Below are positions 9,601-20,400 of a stretch of 63,449 nt of DNA, piece by piece. Every line of letters begins with the position of its first letter. Positions within the stretch are counted from its first letter, which is position 1. The notes beneath the pieces are model-generated. The model was not told where the DNA came from. It saw only the letters and a list, made by a program, of their open reading frames with translations, and ran no database searches. This DNA comes from a virus (Duplodnaviria > Caudoviricetes), in the IMG/VR virus record IMGVR_UViG_3300009161_000047, positions 1-63,449 of that record. One strand, written 5' to 3'. The position numbers were made by a program, and so were the translations under genes.

Positions 9601-12600
9601 GAAATTATTGGACGCATCTCTAGAGACTATTGTATTTACAATAGCTGCTGTATTTGCGGTCGTCGCAGAATTCGGAATAGAAGTTAAAGAAGCACCAGAA
9701 CCAGAGAAAGATGTTGCAGTTACTGTTCCTGGGAAAGAAGTATTTCCTGATGCGTCTAGAATAGTAGCTGTTCTAGTGATGGTAGTGAAAACACCAGAAT
9801 ATTGTCTAAAATGTATGGGCTCATTACCATCATCAGCTGTGGCGAATTCGACGAATCCAGAATTTGAACCAGTGCCACTGACTCTAATTCTGAAAAAATC
9901 ATTATCAGCCATTGTACCATATACAAGATCGTGTGCCGCAGTTCCAGACAACACAGGACCGATTACAGACACAGCACTTGTCGCAGAAGTTGCTGTGTTT
10001 ACTGAGATAGTAACTGTAGTATCTCCAGAAAAATCTGTAGCAAGAACTCCGGACACATTTCCCGCAAATGTTATATTTCTAGTGGCAGCTAATCTTGTTG
10101 CAGTTGGGGCATTACCAGTAATACTGGCAACAATTGTACTATTAACAGTTAATCCAGCAAATGTTGGTGAATTTGCTGTACCAACACTTTGATTGATCGT
10201 ATACTGTGTTATATTAGTAGCAGTAGTTGCATTACCAGATAGAGAAGCTGTAATTGTTCCTGCCGTGAAGTTTCCAGATGCGTCTCTGAGAACAATTGTA
10301 CCGACAGTCGATGTACTTGCAGTGATCGTCGCCGAATTAGCTTGATTTGTGATAGTTGCTGCATTACCAGTAATATTGATTCCCCAAGTACCAGTTGCTC
10401 CAGTTCCTACTGTGTTCACTAGTGTTCCAAAAGTAGGTAAGGTAACAGAAGTGGTGCCACTTGCAGTTAATGATATATCGAACGCATTGATGGTAGTTAA
10501 ATTTCCACCAAGAGTTATAGTCTTACCAGAATTGTTTACCCCAGTTCCACCATATAGACCTACGATTACCGAACCATTCCAAGTTCCTGAAGTGATTGTG
10601 CCGACCGAAGTTAATGAAGAAGCTAAAACACCAGAACCTAAAGTATTTGCAGATAATACAGAAATTGCATTTATTCTATAGACGTATGTAGAAGCAAGAT
10701 TTGAATCACCCACTACATCTAATTTGTACCCAGGACTAGTCGTTCCGATGCCCACGCTGCCGTTTACGGCGAGAGCTGCGGTTGTGTAATTGGCATCCGC
10801 ATATCCGATATTTAAACGAGGATTAGTACCACCGATCGCTAGACCATAACTAGATCCACGCAAACGAACCTGATCGGTCGAGACGGTATTAAACATCATG
10901 TCGCAATACACGTTGGCCGATGAGGCAAGTACCAAACTTGGCCCTCCGTTTGAGGTTAAGTTTAACCCCATTTTTATATCAGAGCTTCCTTCAACGATAT
11001 TTAACTTCGCAGCAGGACTCGTCGTTCCGATGCCCACGTTGCCGCCTAAAGGGGCCAATGAAATGTTACGATTAGCGACATCTTGCGACAGAGCGTTAAT
11101 GGAAAGGTACGGAGTAGCAGCGGAAGCGTGAAATGTTAAAAACCCACCCTGCCCAGGACGACCAACGTCACTATTACCTATATATAGAGTAGTGTCTGTA
11201 GTCGTACCGCCTGCATATATTTTAGCGGAAGCCCCTAACACGTCGAGCTTATGACTAGGACTCGCAGTTCCAATGCCCACGCTGCCAGAGCTATCTATTA
11301 CCATCCTGTTACTAACGTCGTTAGTACGAAAACTAAAAGCATTTATGGAGTTGTCGTAAACGATGGAACCTATATCATCATCCGCACTGTCCCCCATTTG
11401 AATAATAGATTGTCCTGCTGTGCCAGAAAGAATACAGAAACGAGCAAGGTCATTTACCGTAGCAAAATTCTGAAACACAGCGACTGTATTAGCTGCGCTA
11501 ACTAACGAAGGTGCCGAGCCTCCAAGCGAGACGTGTAACTTTGCCGCAGGACTCGTCGTTCCGATGCCCACGCTGCCATCAGAAATAACTCTAATTCTTT
11601 CAACACCAGCAGTTGAAGCAGCAATTGTATCTGCTGCCGGGAACCAGAAACCAGTATTAAGATCACCTGTATTTGAAATTGAAGGCGCAGAAACAGATCC
11701 GTCTCCAAAAGCACCAACTCCTGCTACAGTTAGGAGGGCATCAGGACTATTCGTCCCGATTCCTACGTTTCCATCAGCTGTTATTCTGATTCTTTCTGTG
11801 TTATTTGTAAATAGACCAACAGGATGGTTTGTTGTTGTCCCAATACCAATAGAATTTCCTCCGGAATTATAGAAAACACCTCGGAGAGTAGTTCCATCTG
11901 TAGATGTTACACTGATACCATCATTCGATAATGTGGCTATATGAAACTTAGATGTTGGAGTAATTCCGATGCCAATCTCACCTGTTGATAGAACCCGGAA
12001 TCTTTCAAAACCAGCAGTTGAAGCAGCAATTGTATCTGCTGCTGGGAACCAGAAACCAGTATTAAGATCACCTGTATTTGAAATTGAAGGCGCAGAAACA
12101 GATCCGTCTCCGAATGCACCAACTCCTGCTACAGTTAGGAGGGCATCAGGACTCGCCGTCCCGATTCCTACGTTCCCGCCAAATCCTTGTAGGATTAAAT
12201 TAGCAGCCACCGATCCGCCGTTGTAATTCACTCCTTGAATGTACGGAAATCCACTTGTTTCTACAGAGCCAATTGCAAGTGAGTAACCAGTGCTAGACCA
12301 TCCACGAAACGAGGCTACTGCGTTAGAGTTTGAGGTAGCAAGCGTACTCGCGACTTGGCCACCCGTCCCGACGAGTGCAAGGCGAGCATTAGTCGATTCA
12401 GTAGCAGGTGTCGTCGTCCCGATACCTACTCTACCGGAACTGTCAATAACAAATCTATATTCAGACGCAGTGGCGTCATATAAATAATATGCACCCTGTA
12501 AAGCAGTAGTGGCAAATGTAGCCCCACCTACGCCAACATTAAATTGTCTGGCGACCGCCGTAAGTCGTAATTCAGGATTTGCACTTGCACCCGATGTGCT

Positions 12601-14223
12601 ATCTATAAGCACGGCAGCTCCACTACCAGCAATATGTAATTTCTGGCTAGGAGTAGATGTCCCGATGCCTACTAGACCTACGTTATCGATATACATCCTG
12701 GTGCTTCGTGCATTATTCCCGCCAGTATTGAAACCTAATGTATAACCAGCGAGATAGCCGGTATAGGGTCCTACGGCATCATTCATGAATAGAGCCGTAT
12801 AATATCCTGGGTCCGTACCAGCGCCTCTAAACGTAATTGTACCTGATACATCTAACTTCGCCCCAGTCGTAACACTTGTAGCCCCGATACCTACGTTACC
12901 AGCGGAAGTAATCCGCATTCTTTCGGCGATAGCTGCACCGTTTGCACGAGTACCGAATGCTAAATAACTTGCCCCGTTTCCATCAGTAGCATTTTCTTTT
13001 GCGCCCTTGATGATGGCAAATTGACCAAACTGCGTTCCGGTGTATCTGCCGCCCAGTCCAATCGTGGCTCCAACGTCTGCGCCCAGAGTGGAGTTGGAAT
13101 GCACATTCAAATTCGCAGCATTACCGGCGATTCCAAAAGCATAATTTGGACCCACCACAGTGGCTCCCACGTCAATGGTGTCGCCTGAGATGTTGAGCGT
13201 TCCACTATCCAACACTGTGAATTTATTAGTAGGAGTATTCGTTCCTACTCCCAATCTATTATTCGTATCATCCCAATGAAAATTCGCAGAATCCCATATA
13301 TAAGAATCTGTCGGAGAACCGAACAAAACAGATCCAGTAGGAACATCTGGGGTGATTGTAGATATCTGTATTTTCTTTAGAGAATTTGCGAAACTAGTTG
13401 CACCAGAAAAAGAATCATAAACAAGAAGGTAGTCTGTTGCTCTTGTTACATCTGTTAATGAAGTAATCAATGGTTTATTTTCAATTGATTCATCAGTTAA
13501 CCCAGCAATAACGTCACAATACATAACAGGAGTTAATATAGCTCCTGTACCACCACTAGTCGGTGTAATCGTAACTGTTGGTAATGCAGAATATCCGTAG
13601 CCACCATCGTTTATTGATGTACCATTGATATTACCACCAGAAACAGTAACTGTTAATCTGGTATTTCTACCAATAAACAACCAATTATTTGCTAGACCAT
13701 TTGAATGTAGTGGAACCGATGTATTGTGTGCAATTGCTGTCGTTGCTTTATAGAACTTATAAGATACACCTGTTGCACCAGTAATAGCAAATGCGCTTGA
13801 TACAATAGTATTAACAGCGAAACCTGTAGATCCAACGACCGAATTTATTGTTGTCCCAGTCGCACCTGGAAATCCTGTTGATCCTGTATAAGGATTGGAG
13901 ACAGTGACATACGGTGGGGTGGTATAATTGATACCAACGTCAGTTATTTTAATTTGTCTTACAATTTGGTTATTAGTTGGAATGGATACAGTTAAATCAC
14001 CTAAATCTTGATAAGGAGAATCTGTGTTATAATGAGTTCCAAATGCCTTATTTGTATTAGTATCGGATTGACCCCAAAAGACAATGAATTCACCAGAATT
14101 TTGTGGTAGAACAGGAGATATCGATTCAGCTTTAACTAATTCTAATGTTTGAAATCCTTCATTTATTTTTGAACCCCATTGAGACAGATTATCGCTATTT
14201 TTCAATCTTGGTAATGTTGGCAT
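6634..14223 (-). CDS. Long tail fibre (2529 aa) with C-terminal intramolecular chaperone (peptidase S74-like)
   Basis: Many 'GNVGIGT..P..KL.V' repeats and 'RDASGNFTAGTITA' repeats; C-terminal 'SDIRIKENI...GLMAQDVE...PEVV...IDYG...LVEAIKEL'. Confidence 0.92.
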   Translation of the reverse strand: MPTLPRLKNSDNLSQWGSKINEGFQTLELVKAESISPVLPQNSGEFIVFWGQSDTNTNKAFGTHYNTDSPYQDLGDLTVSIPTNNQIVRQIKITDVGINYTTPPYVTVSNPYTGSTGFPGATGTTINSVVGSTGFAVNTIVSSAFAITGATGVSYKFYKATTAIAHNTSVPLHSNGLANNWLFIGRNTRLTVTVSGGNINGTSINDGGYGYSALPTVTITPTSGGTGAILTPVMYCDVIAGLTDESIENKPLITSLTDVTRATDYLLVYDSFSGATSFANSLKKIQISTITPDVPTGSVLFGSPTDSYIWDSANFHWDDTNNRLGVGTNTPTNKFTVLDSGTLNISGDTIDVGATVVGPNYAFGIAGNAANLNVHSNSTLGADVGATIGLGGRYTGTQFGQFAIIKGAKENATDGNGASYLAFGTRANGAAIAERMRITSAGNVGIGATSVTTGAKLDVSGTITFRGAGTDPGYYTALFMNDAVGPYTGYLAGYTLGFNTGGNNARSTRMYIDNVGLVGIGTSTPSQKLHIAGSGAAVLIDSTSGASANPELRLTAVARQFNVGVGGATFATTALQGAYYLYDATASEYRFVIDSSGRVGIGTTTPATESTNARLALVGTGGQVASTLATSNSNAVASFRGWSSTGYSLAIGSVETSGFPYIQGVNYNGGSVAANLILQGFGGNVGIGTASPDALLTVAGVGAFGDGSVSAPSISNTGDLNTGFWFPAADTIAASTAGFERFRVLSTGEIGIGITPTSKFHIATLSNDGISVTSTDGTTLRGVFYNSGGNSIGIGTTTNHPVGLFTNNTERIRITADGNVGIGTNSPDALLTVAGVGAFGDGSVSAPSISNTGDLNTGFWFPAADTIAASTAGVERIRVISDGSVGIGTTSPAAKLHVSLGGSAPSLVSAANTVAVFQNFATVNDLARFCILSGTAGQSIIQMGDSADDDIGSIVYDNSINAFSFRTNDVSNRMVIDSSGSVGIGTASPSHKLDVLGASAKIYAGGTTTDTTLYIGNSDVGRPGQGGFLTFHASAATPYLSINALSQDVANRNISLAPLGGNVGIGTTSPAAKLNIVEGSSDIKMGLNLTSNGGPSLVLASSANVYCDMMFNTVSTDQVRLRGSSYGLAIGGTNPRLNIGYADANYTTAALAVNGSVGIGTTSPGYKLDVVGDSNLASTYVYRINAISVLSANTLGSGVLASSLTSVGTITSGTWNGSVIVGLYGGTGVNNSGKTITLGGNLTTINAFDISLTASGTTSVTLPTFGTLVNTVGTGATGTWGINITGNAATITNQANSATITASTSTVGTIVLRDASGNFTAGTITASLSGNATTATNITQYTINQSVGTANSPTFAGLTVNSTIVASITGNAPTATRLAATRNITFAGNVSGVLATDFSGDTTVTISVNTATSATSAVSVIGPVLSGTAAHDLVYGTMADNDFFRIRVSGTGSNSGFVEFATADDGNEPIHFRQYSGVFTTITRTATILDASGNTSFPGTVTATSFSGSGASLTSIPNSATTANTAAIVNTIVSRDASNNFSAGTITASLSGNATTATTLQTSRTFSLTGNVTATAVGFNGSANVALTTVIGSGVVTDTMLAGSISNAKLSNSTITINGSAVSLGGSITVATVGGSNTQVQYNNAGALAGSPNMTFDGTRLTVTNISSNLTGNATTATTATNLANLTLPGSGTLVNTTGSGASGTWDINVTGNAATATNAVNLSTTRDTWATNGTISAVVGLLAWKNYGNSHVIFDASNATSPSGSAVNNTNAATAWIATYPTLMGWNGGSTFGVRVDSARISDSTTGNAGTITGQANSATITATSSNVGNQIVLRDGSGNFTAGTITASLSGNASTATNITQYTINQNVGTANSPTFAGLTVNSTIVANINGNAATITNQANSATITASTSTVGTIVLRDASGNFTAGTITATGGLTVASNVGIGTVSPAHKLDVLGNAKIYAGGTTTDTTLHIGNGDVASPGQGAFLAFNASAATPYFSINAISQGVANRHIALANIATNSYVGIGTASPLSKLHVSVVSNDGITVSDTTNTLKGVFYNTGGTSLGIGTTTNHPVALYTNNTERITITADGNVRIAGSSNPGVLSVLNTGSVQVTTLATARSLAVTSIQTLVSSGWLLTTFMSGSNPSMQVVDQAGTSAGNFNLMPFGGNVGIGTTDPQYKLDVAGNLRVTGAATFNSTVTATSFSGSGASLTSIPNSATTATNANTGSAIVARDGSGNFTAGTITASLSGNATTATTAAACSGNSATATTAAACSGNSATATTAAACSGNSATATTATNLSGFATPNQSLGTANSPTFAGLTVNSTISANINGSAYNITQYTINQSLGTANSPTFAGLTVNSTISANINGSSTSCSGNAATATTASSLTGFTIPNQSLSTTNSPNFSFLGINASANASYRLYVNGDVYATGDVYAGSDIRIKENISELSNALDKVKNLKGYSYNKIGVNHRSIGLMAQDVEKIIPEVVSRNKEGMKGIDYGQMIAMLVEAIKELNTKMETIYGTTV
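7325..7457. repeat. 39-bp tandem repeat, about 3.3 copies (ATTAAACSGNSAT) in the tail fibre
   Basis: gcagttgtagcagtagcagaattgccagaacatgctgcc repeated identically. Confidence 0.9.
11604..12153. repeat. About 145-bp near-identical direct repeat in the tail fibre (about 11604-11748 and 12010-12153)
   Basis: Both copies encode SPDALLTVAGVGAFGDGSVSAPSISNTGDLNTGFWFPAADTIAASTAG with almost identical DNA. Confidence 0.85.
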
Positions 14224-14474
14224 TATTGTTCCTTATTATTGACACATATACATAATAACATTTCCTTAATCTCACTAATTTCTTCTTTAATTTTATTTAT
14301 ATCATCCACAGAATTTCGTAATTCTTGTATATCTTTTTTAAGAGAATCGTAAGCGGATTTCTGTTTGATAATTTTTTTTCTGAATTCTTCTCTGGCTATA
14401 TCGTCTGTTACTAATATAGCCTTCGAATTTGTGTCTCTTAAGAGATTAGTGGTTTGTGTTTGTATTATTGACAT
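14223..14474 (-). CDS. Small coiled-coil protein that typically follows VrlC-like genes
   Basis: 'L.RD.NSKAIL' followed by a heptad-rich C-terminus; stop/start coupling with neighbours. Confidence 0.7.
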   Translation of the reverse strand: MSIIQTQTTNLLRDTNSKAILVTDDIAREEFRKKIIKQKSAYDSLKKDIQELRNSVDDINKIKEEISEIKEMLLCICVNNKEQ

Positions 14475-14475
14475 T

Positions 14476-17400
14476 CTAGATAATTCTGTCTAATGCTATT
14501 GCTCTAAAATCTGCTATCTTAGGAATAACAGTTGGATCTGATGTTAAGAATACAATCTTAATGGCAAATTCAGTAAATGAATTATAAGTTACCCGTCCAT
14601 TATTTGCAACATATGATATGTTTTCAGGATAAGCAGTTTTCTCAGGTCCATAGATATATTCTTTAAAATTAGAATTAGATAATGAGAAAGAATTGTCGCC
14701 AGGATATTCTCTGTACATTTCTACCCATGATTTATTCGATAAGAGATCAGTGTCTTCCGCAGCTTTAATTTTATAGTACACTTTGATATCTGTTCCAGGT
14801 AGCCTAACTGCAGTTACATAAACTTTCAGATAATCAGCTGGAGATTGTAGAACAATTGGTCTAGTAATATACTTAGAAGCAGCAGAACCACCAGAAGGAA
14901 AGGTTTCAGCCAGAGAATAAACTGTGGCAGCAGCAGAAATTCCAGTTGATCCAACAAGTGTTCCAAAACCAGTAGCACCAGTAGCTCCTCCAATTGTATA
15001 ACCAGTTCCAAGAGATCCTCGTGCAACAGTAACACCAGTCGCCCCAGTAGTTCCACCACCAGCTAGTACAGTCATATATTCTGTTCCAATCTTCATTAGA
15101 GATCCATTTTGGATAAATTGTGAAGAAGATAGATTTATGATTGTGGCATTAAAACCAGTAGCACCAGTTGTCGTTGTAGTTCGTTCTGTTATATTATTGA
15201 CATCGTTTTCGATAACAATAATATTATTCTTTTCCATGTCAATAATCGGAGACACATGATTGAAAGTAACAGTTCCAGTAACTCCATGTTTAAACGACTC
15301 CGCATTTGCCACAATTTCACGTCTACCAGTGAATTCATAATTCTTATTTGTTAATATAGGAGTGAATGAAGATTCAATAGATGAATTGACTGGTTTGGAA
15401 ATAAACGAACTTACAACAGATGTATTTGGGAATTCCATTGTTGATAACCCAACCCAAACAATATCAGCAAATCCATCACCAGCAGATTTTCCAGTAAATG
15501 TAATATTTCCAGAAACTGTTCCAATGTTTGCAACAGATAGATAGATTACAAATCCGTCTACTGCAGTAATCTCAGCTGCAGCTCCAATTCCTGTACCAGT
15601 AACTGATTGACCTACTTTAAGGTCATTGCTATTATTTACAATAATTGCGTAATAACCAGTATTTCCTGTGCCAGTTTTAATTCTTGTTGGTGCACTAGCT
15701 GTAATATAATCTGTTAATACTACAGAGAAAGAACCTTCGATGAACGAACATCTCTTAAGAGTAAACTTCATGTCTTTAGTTTGTTCGGCTGTCCAAGTAG
15801 AAGAATTCTGAGACAAAAACAGAGAACCAACATAGGGTTGCTGAGTGATTAAGATATTTGTACCTATCAACTTTTTCCCAATTTCTGCGATCCATAGATT
15901 ATAATTAGTATTATCTGTTAAACAAACTATACAATATTCTCCTGGTTCTAGATAAACAATTGAAGGGAATGTGAAGGTAGTTGCTGAAGTTCCGGTGTCG
16001 CTAATGTTAACAAAATTTGGCATTAGACTCTTTTCAGCAAAAGGAAGTATCACAGTTGAAGAAGGATAACCATTTACAGTGGGTCTGATTTGAACTGTAA
16101 CTGGTAAAGAAGCATCTTTTGTTTTAAAGAACAGATCTACCGAATCAATGAATAACCCATTGGGAAAAAATGCAGGATCGACGAAGAAAGATTGCGCAAG
16201 AGGATCTACCATGCATGCATTGGATATGTTGGCAAGAACGAATGCGAAACCGTTTTGGTTCAAAGCCTGTTGTGTAGTTAAAGGGCCCATGATAGGGCCG
16301 GTCGAAATCGATGGCGCCGTGGCGTCATTAGCATAAACGGGGACATCGTCGATATATGTAATAATCGGATTCGACGGCGAGGCTGGCGCCGGATCCGGCG
16401 CCAGCGCTGGCGCCGGAATGGTGGGCGTCAAGAATGGTAAGCCACCACTATTAGTGGTATAAGTCGGTGTAGAAGTCTGCGCAGGTCTTACAGGTTCTGT
16501 TGTTCTGACGTTTATTGTCTCTGATTGTTTGTGTATCAAAATTCCATTTGCTGTGAATCTTGATTGAGAAAATGTAGTCTCTAGATCGATATCATTTGAT
16601 GCACTATCTGATAATCTCAACATTCTATCGCCAACCAAAAATTTACCTTCTGGTATTACGAATGTTCCAGAGATCGATCCGGTTGGACTCGTTTTATTAC
16701 TCGGTGTTGCAAAAGCACCATAATAATTTTGGAAAGTTACTGTATCAGTAGCAACAACATTTCCTGGATTTACAACTGTCAGTGTAATAGTATTTCCAGT
16801 AATCCCTGTAATTCTAGAACCATTTACAGATCCTGTTGCACTAAAAACTAATTGACCAACATACACACCAAATGTATCTGGGACAGTAATTGTAAGAGAA
16901 CCAGAAGTTCCTGTTACTCCAGTTTTAGTGATGTTGAATGTAACATTACTAGAAATTAAAACATCATCAAAGAATGGAAACACTACGGATTCTGGCTTCA
17001 TACCAGAAGCAGTGAATACGATAGTTCTTGTTCTCATCCATTGAGACGAAGAAATATCCACAACTCTATCGCCCAATTTCATTGTAGTGGTTTTGGTAGT
17101 TGAACTTTGTTGATTTTGAACATTTGTTCCACTATTAGTTTTGGCTGATTGTGTATTAACTGCTGCTTTACCGATTACTGCATTTCTAACTTCTCCTGTT
17201 CTATAATTTCTCCATTGCGCATTTCTTGCGCCACCTGCAACATTTCCACCTGTCCCACCGGTATTAGTTTCTTCATATCTCCAATCTTCAGTTAATAAGA
17301 CATCAATTGTCGCCGCAGGAAGATTAGCACCAAGTTCTCCACGTGCTAATCTATCTTCTACACGATCATCTTCTTCAGTTCCATTGAAGTTATTTTCCCA

Positions 17401-20400
17401 ATTATTCCAAGTAGATCCTGCGAAATCTAAACCACTCTTGATATTATCGTTGTTACCATTTACATTAATAATATTCTCAGGTCTGCGAGTTTCATCTTTC
17501 CAGAAATCCACTGTTGGATTAATGGACATAACACCTTTCCATGTAAACACAGAATATGGATTAACATTAACTGTTTGCGAAGCAAAAGATTGAACTACGA
17601 AATCTATAGGAGTGAAAATTCTTGAGAGTAAAGGACCTCTTTGAGTGTATCCTGTTGATTCAGATGTCTTTAATAATAAATCATAGTTCTTGGTATAGAA
17701 TCTTGGTCTAGCTTCTTGCTTTCTCGAATCTATAGAGCATCGATAATCTAGATTACCAACATCACCGATTCCATGTCCTGTAAATGTGTCAACAATAAAT
17801 CCATTCTTGAATCTATCATTTCCATTTGCATCTGTAACATCAAGTGTTGCAGTTTCTCTTTCTAACATATTGAGAAGAGAATAATATTCGATATTTTCGA
17901 TTCTCTTTTCAATTTTTCCGATATCTCTCATTGTATATCTCTTATTATCGATATATTCGAGAGTTATGTCTCTGTTATTGAAAGTATATGGATTATATCT
18001 AACAGTATACAGAGTCATACCATTATCTAGTTCATCCGGTTGTTTTGGATAACTATCAGAATTTCCTTTAAGAACTTTAAATGATTTATCAGCTGTTGCA
18101 ACTATCTTATCGATTCTGGATAACCAGTGTGTGACATCTGCATTCATATTAGAACCAGAAATAGGAATAACAGTACTGTAATATGGACCGGATCCAGCTA
18201 CAGCTGCATCACTGTTTCTCACTGGTCTGAAGTCTACACAATTCGTCAAATTGAATATTTTTCCTGTTGATGAAGCAAAAGTAGGTATTTTAGTGTAAGA
18301 AGGATACGAGTCTACGTTGAAGTAACCTGAACCAGAATGAGAATAATATTCAAAGAAAACATTTATAGCTCCTGTTACAGTTTGCCCAGGAGACAAAGAT
18401 AATAGCGAGTGTTCATATGTAAAATCTCTTTGACCATTATCAAAACCGAACTTACTGGTAACATCTTTTGTCGGATCAAACCAATCTGCTTGCGAAGTTG
18501 AATTTAAAATCTTAATAATTCTGAGACCGTCAGGAACTGTTAATGACAAGCTATTAGTGTCTGAAATTGCAGTAGAAAAATACTTTATTCCTGAAGCAAG
18601 TGAGTCTGAATTATATGTATTTGAAGTTGTTGGTGGGGCAATTTGATAATAAGAAGATTCGTCTGGTACAGCTAAGAATCCAGTTGCTCCCGAAATAGTT
18701 GCAATCTGCGTTGTTTCGTCGTATGCTGAAATTGTGAATCCAGTTGCACCAGTCATGGCTCCAGTGCCATACAGAATCTTGATCAGCCCATCTGTATAAT
18801 AATTAGATACAGAAGAGTTTGCTGTTGAAGCTAGTTTGATTGTATTAGACGAATTCGGTCCTAGTCTGGCATAACCAGAACTAGTTTTTGGTTCTATTAG
18901 AGTTTTAATTCTTGGGGTTGTTGTATTTGCATTAACAGTATATACAACAGCAGTAGTAGTCGCCCCAGTTGCCCCAGGAAGAGTAATGGCTGCAGTTCTA
19001 TTAGCAGCAGATATTGCCAATGTATAATTGGTAATCTGTGCACCAGTAATAGTATTAATTACTAGATAATGTGTATCTTTTGTTGTAGAATCTGTTCCTG
19101 TTTGGAGAGTTTCATTAGATGCAACAGTCCATGTGAAATTGGTGGCAGATGCAAATGTGCGAGCACCTTTATATTGATAATCTGTATCTGTTGCAGAAGT
19201 AAAAGTTCCTGGACTCAGAGGATCTTCAATTTTAAATGTTCTTACTGCTCCCAATCCTGTTTCAAATATATAACTTGCGGAGTCCGTTCCTAATAATGCT
19301 CCTGTAGCACCAAGATCTACAGGAACAAGATCAAACTTTTTAGTTGTTCCATTTTCGGATCGTAATGATCTGACATCACTGAAACCATTTCCTGCAGCTA
19401 GAATAATTGCAAAAAGATAAAATCTATATCTTCTTACACCACTAACAGTAGAATCATATTGAATAGATGAAACTCTACAAGATCCTAATTGTCCCGCCGC
19501 AGCATTATATAGATACAGTGTTTCTAAAGAAGAAATATCAGGATATCCCTTGTCTACAGTGACAACAACATAATTACCATAATTCATTCCAATATCTAAT
19601 CCGTTGATTGTCGAATCATCTGTATTAGATCTTGGTTTATCTAGATCAACATATTGTCTTGCAATAGTTTCGAATTCGTATCCTTTAACATAAGCTTTAC
19701 CAGCTTCAAGATATGCACGCAATTTGTTGTCATCTGATGGGTGATTTTGGATATCAGCTCGAAATGGTCTTACAGTATAATCGCCAGATTCGTCGTATGT
19801 TCTTCTTGCTAATGTCTTTTCAATTTCGGAATAGAGAGGTGTGGTAACTTGTCTATATAATTGGCCGTCTCTAACTTCCAATAAATCAATAAATCGATCG
19901 GCGTCTTCAGTGAAATCTAAAGCTTTTGACGAAAAGATTAAATTAACTTTTAATCTATGAGCACCAGGAGCAGCATAATTATATGATCCAGCTGCATTAT
20001 CTAATAGAGTAGTGTCGTCTCCTTCATCAATAATTGCGAGTTCAGAAACCAACCCTGCTTTGACACTAGCAAATCGTGTGTATTTTTCAAGATAAGTAGT
20101 TTGTTGTGGGCAGATTACAAAGAATCCCTTTGTATAGAAGATACCACTGTCAATTGATGCAGTTGAAGACGCTCCGCTGATATCTCCTGAAGCTGCAGCA
20201 AAACAAGATCCGGCCCCAGCAGCATTAATAGTTTCACCGAATTCGTCGAATTCTAAACCATTTAGAGGTTGGATAATTAGTGTCTTTGGATCTGAACCTT
20301 CTTTGTCAGCAACTGCAACAACTATAGCTTTAGCACCGGAAGTTGCACCAGTAATCGTCTTATTCAAGAAAGAAGAAACGATAAATTCAATTCCATTAAA

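Noticed and set aside
7251-12745. Many plus-strand and alternative-frame ORFs over the tail fibre (e.g. 9311-10192, 293 aa)
   Set aside because: Antisense shadows of a Gly/Thr/Ala-rich repetitive gene; no RBS or promoter; Val/Pro/Ala composition is as expected for shadows.
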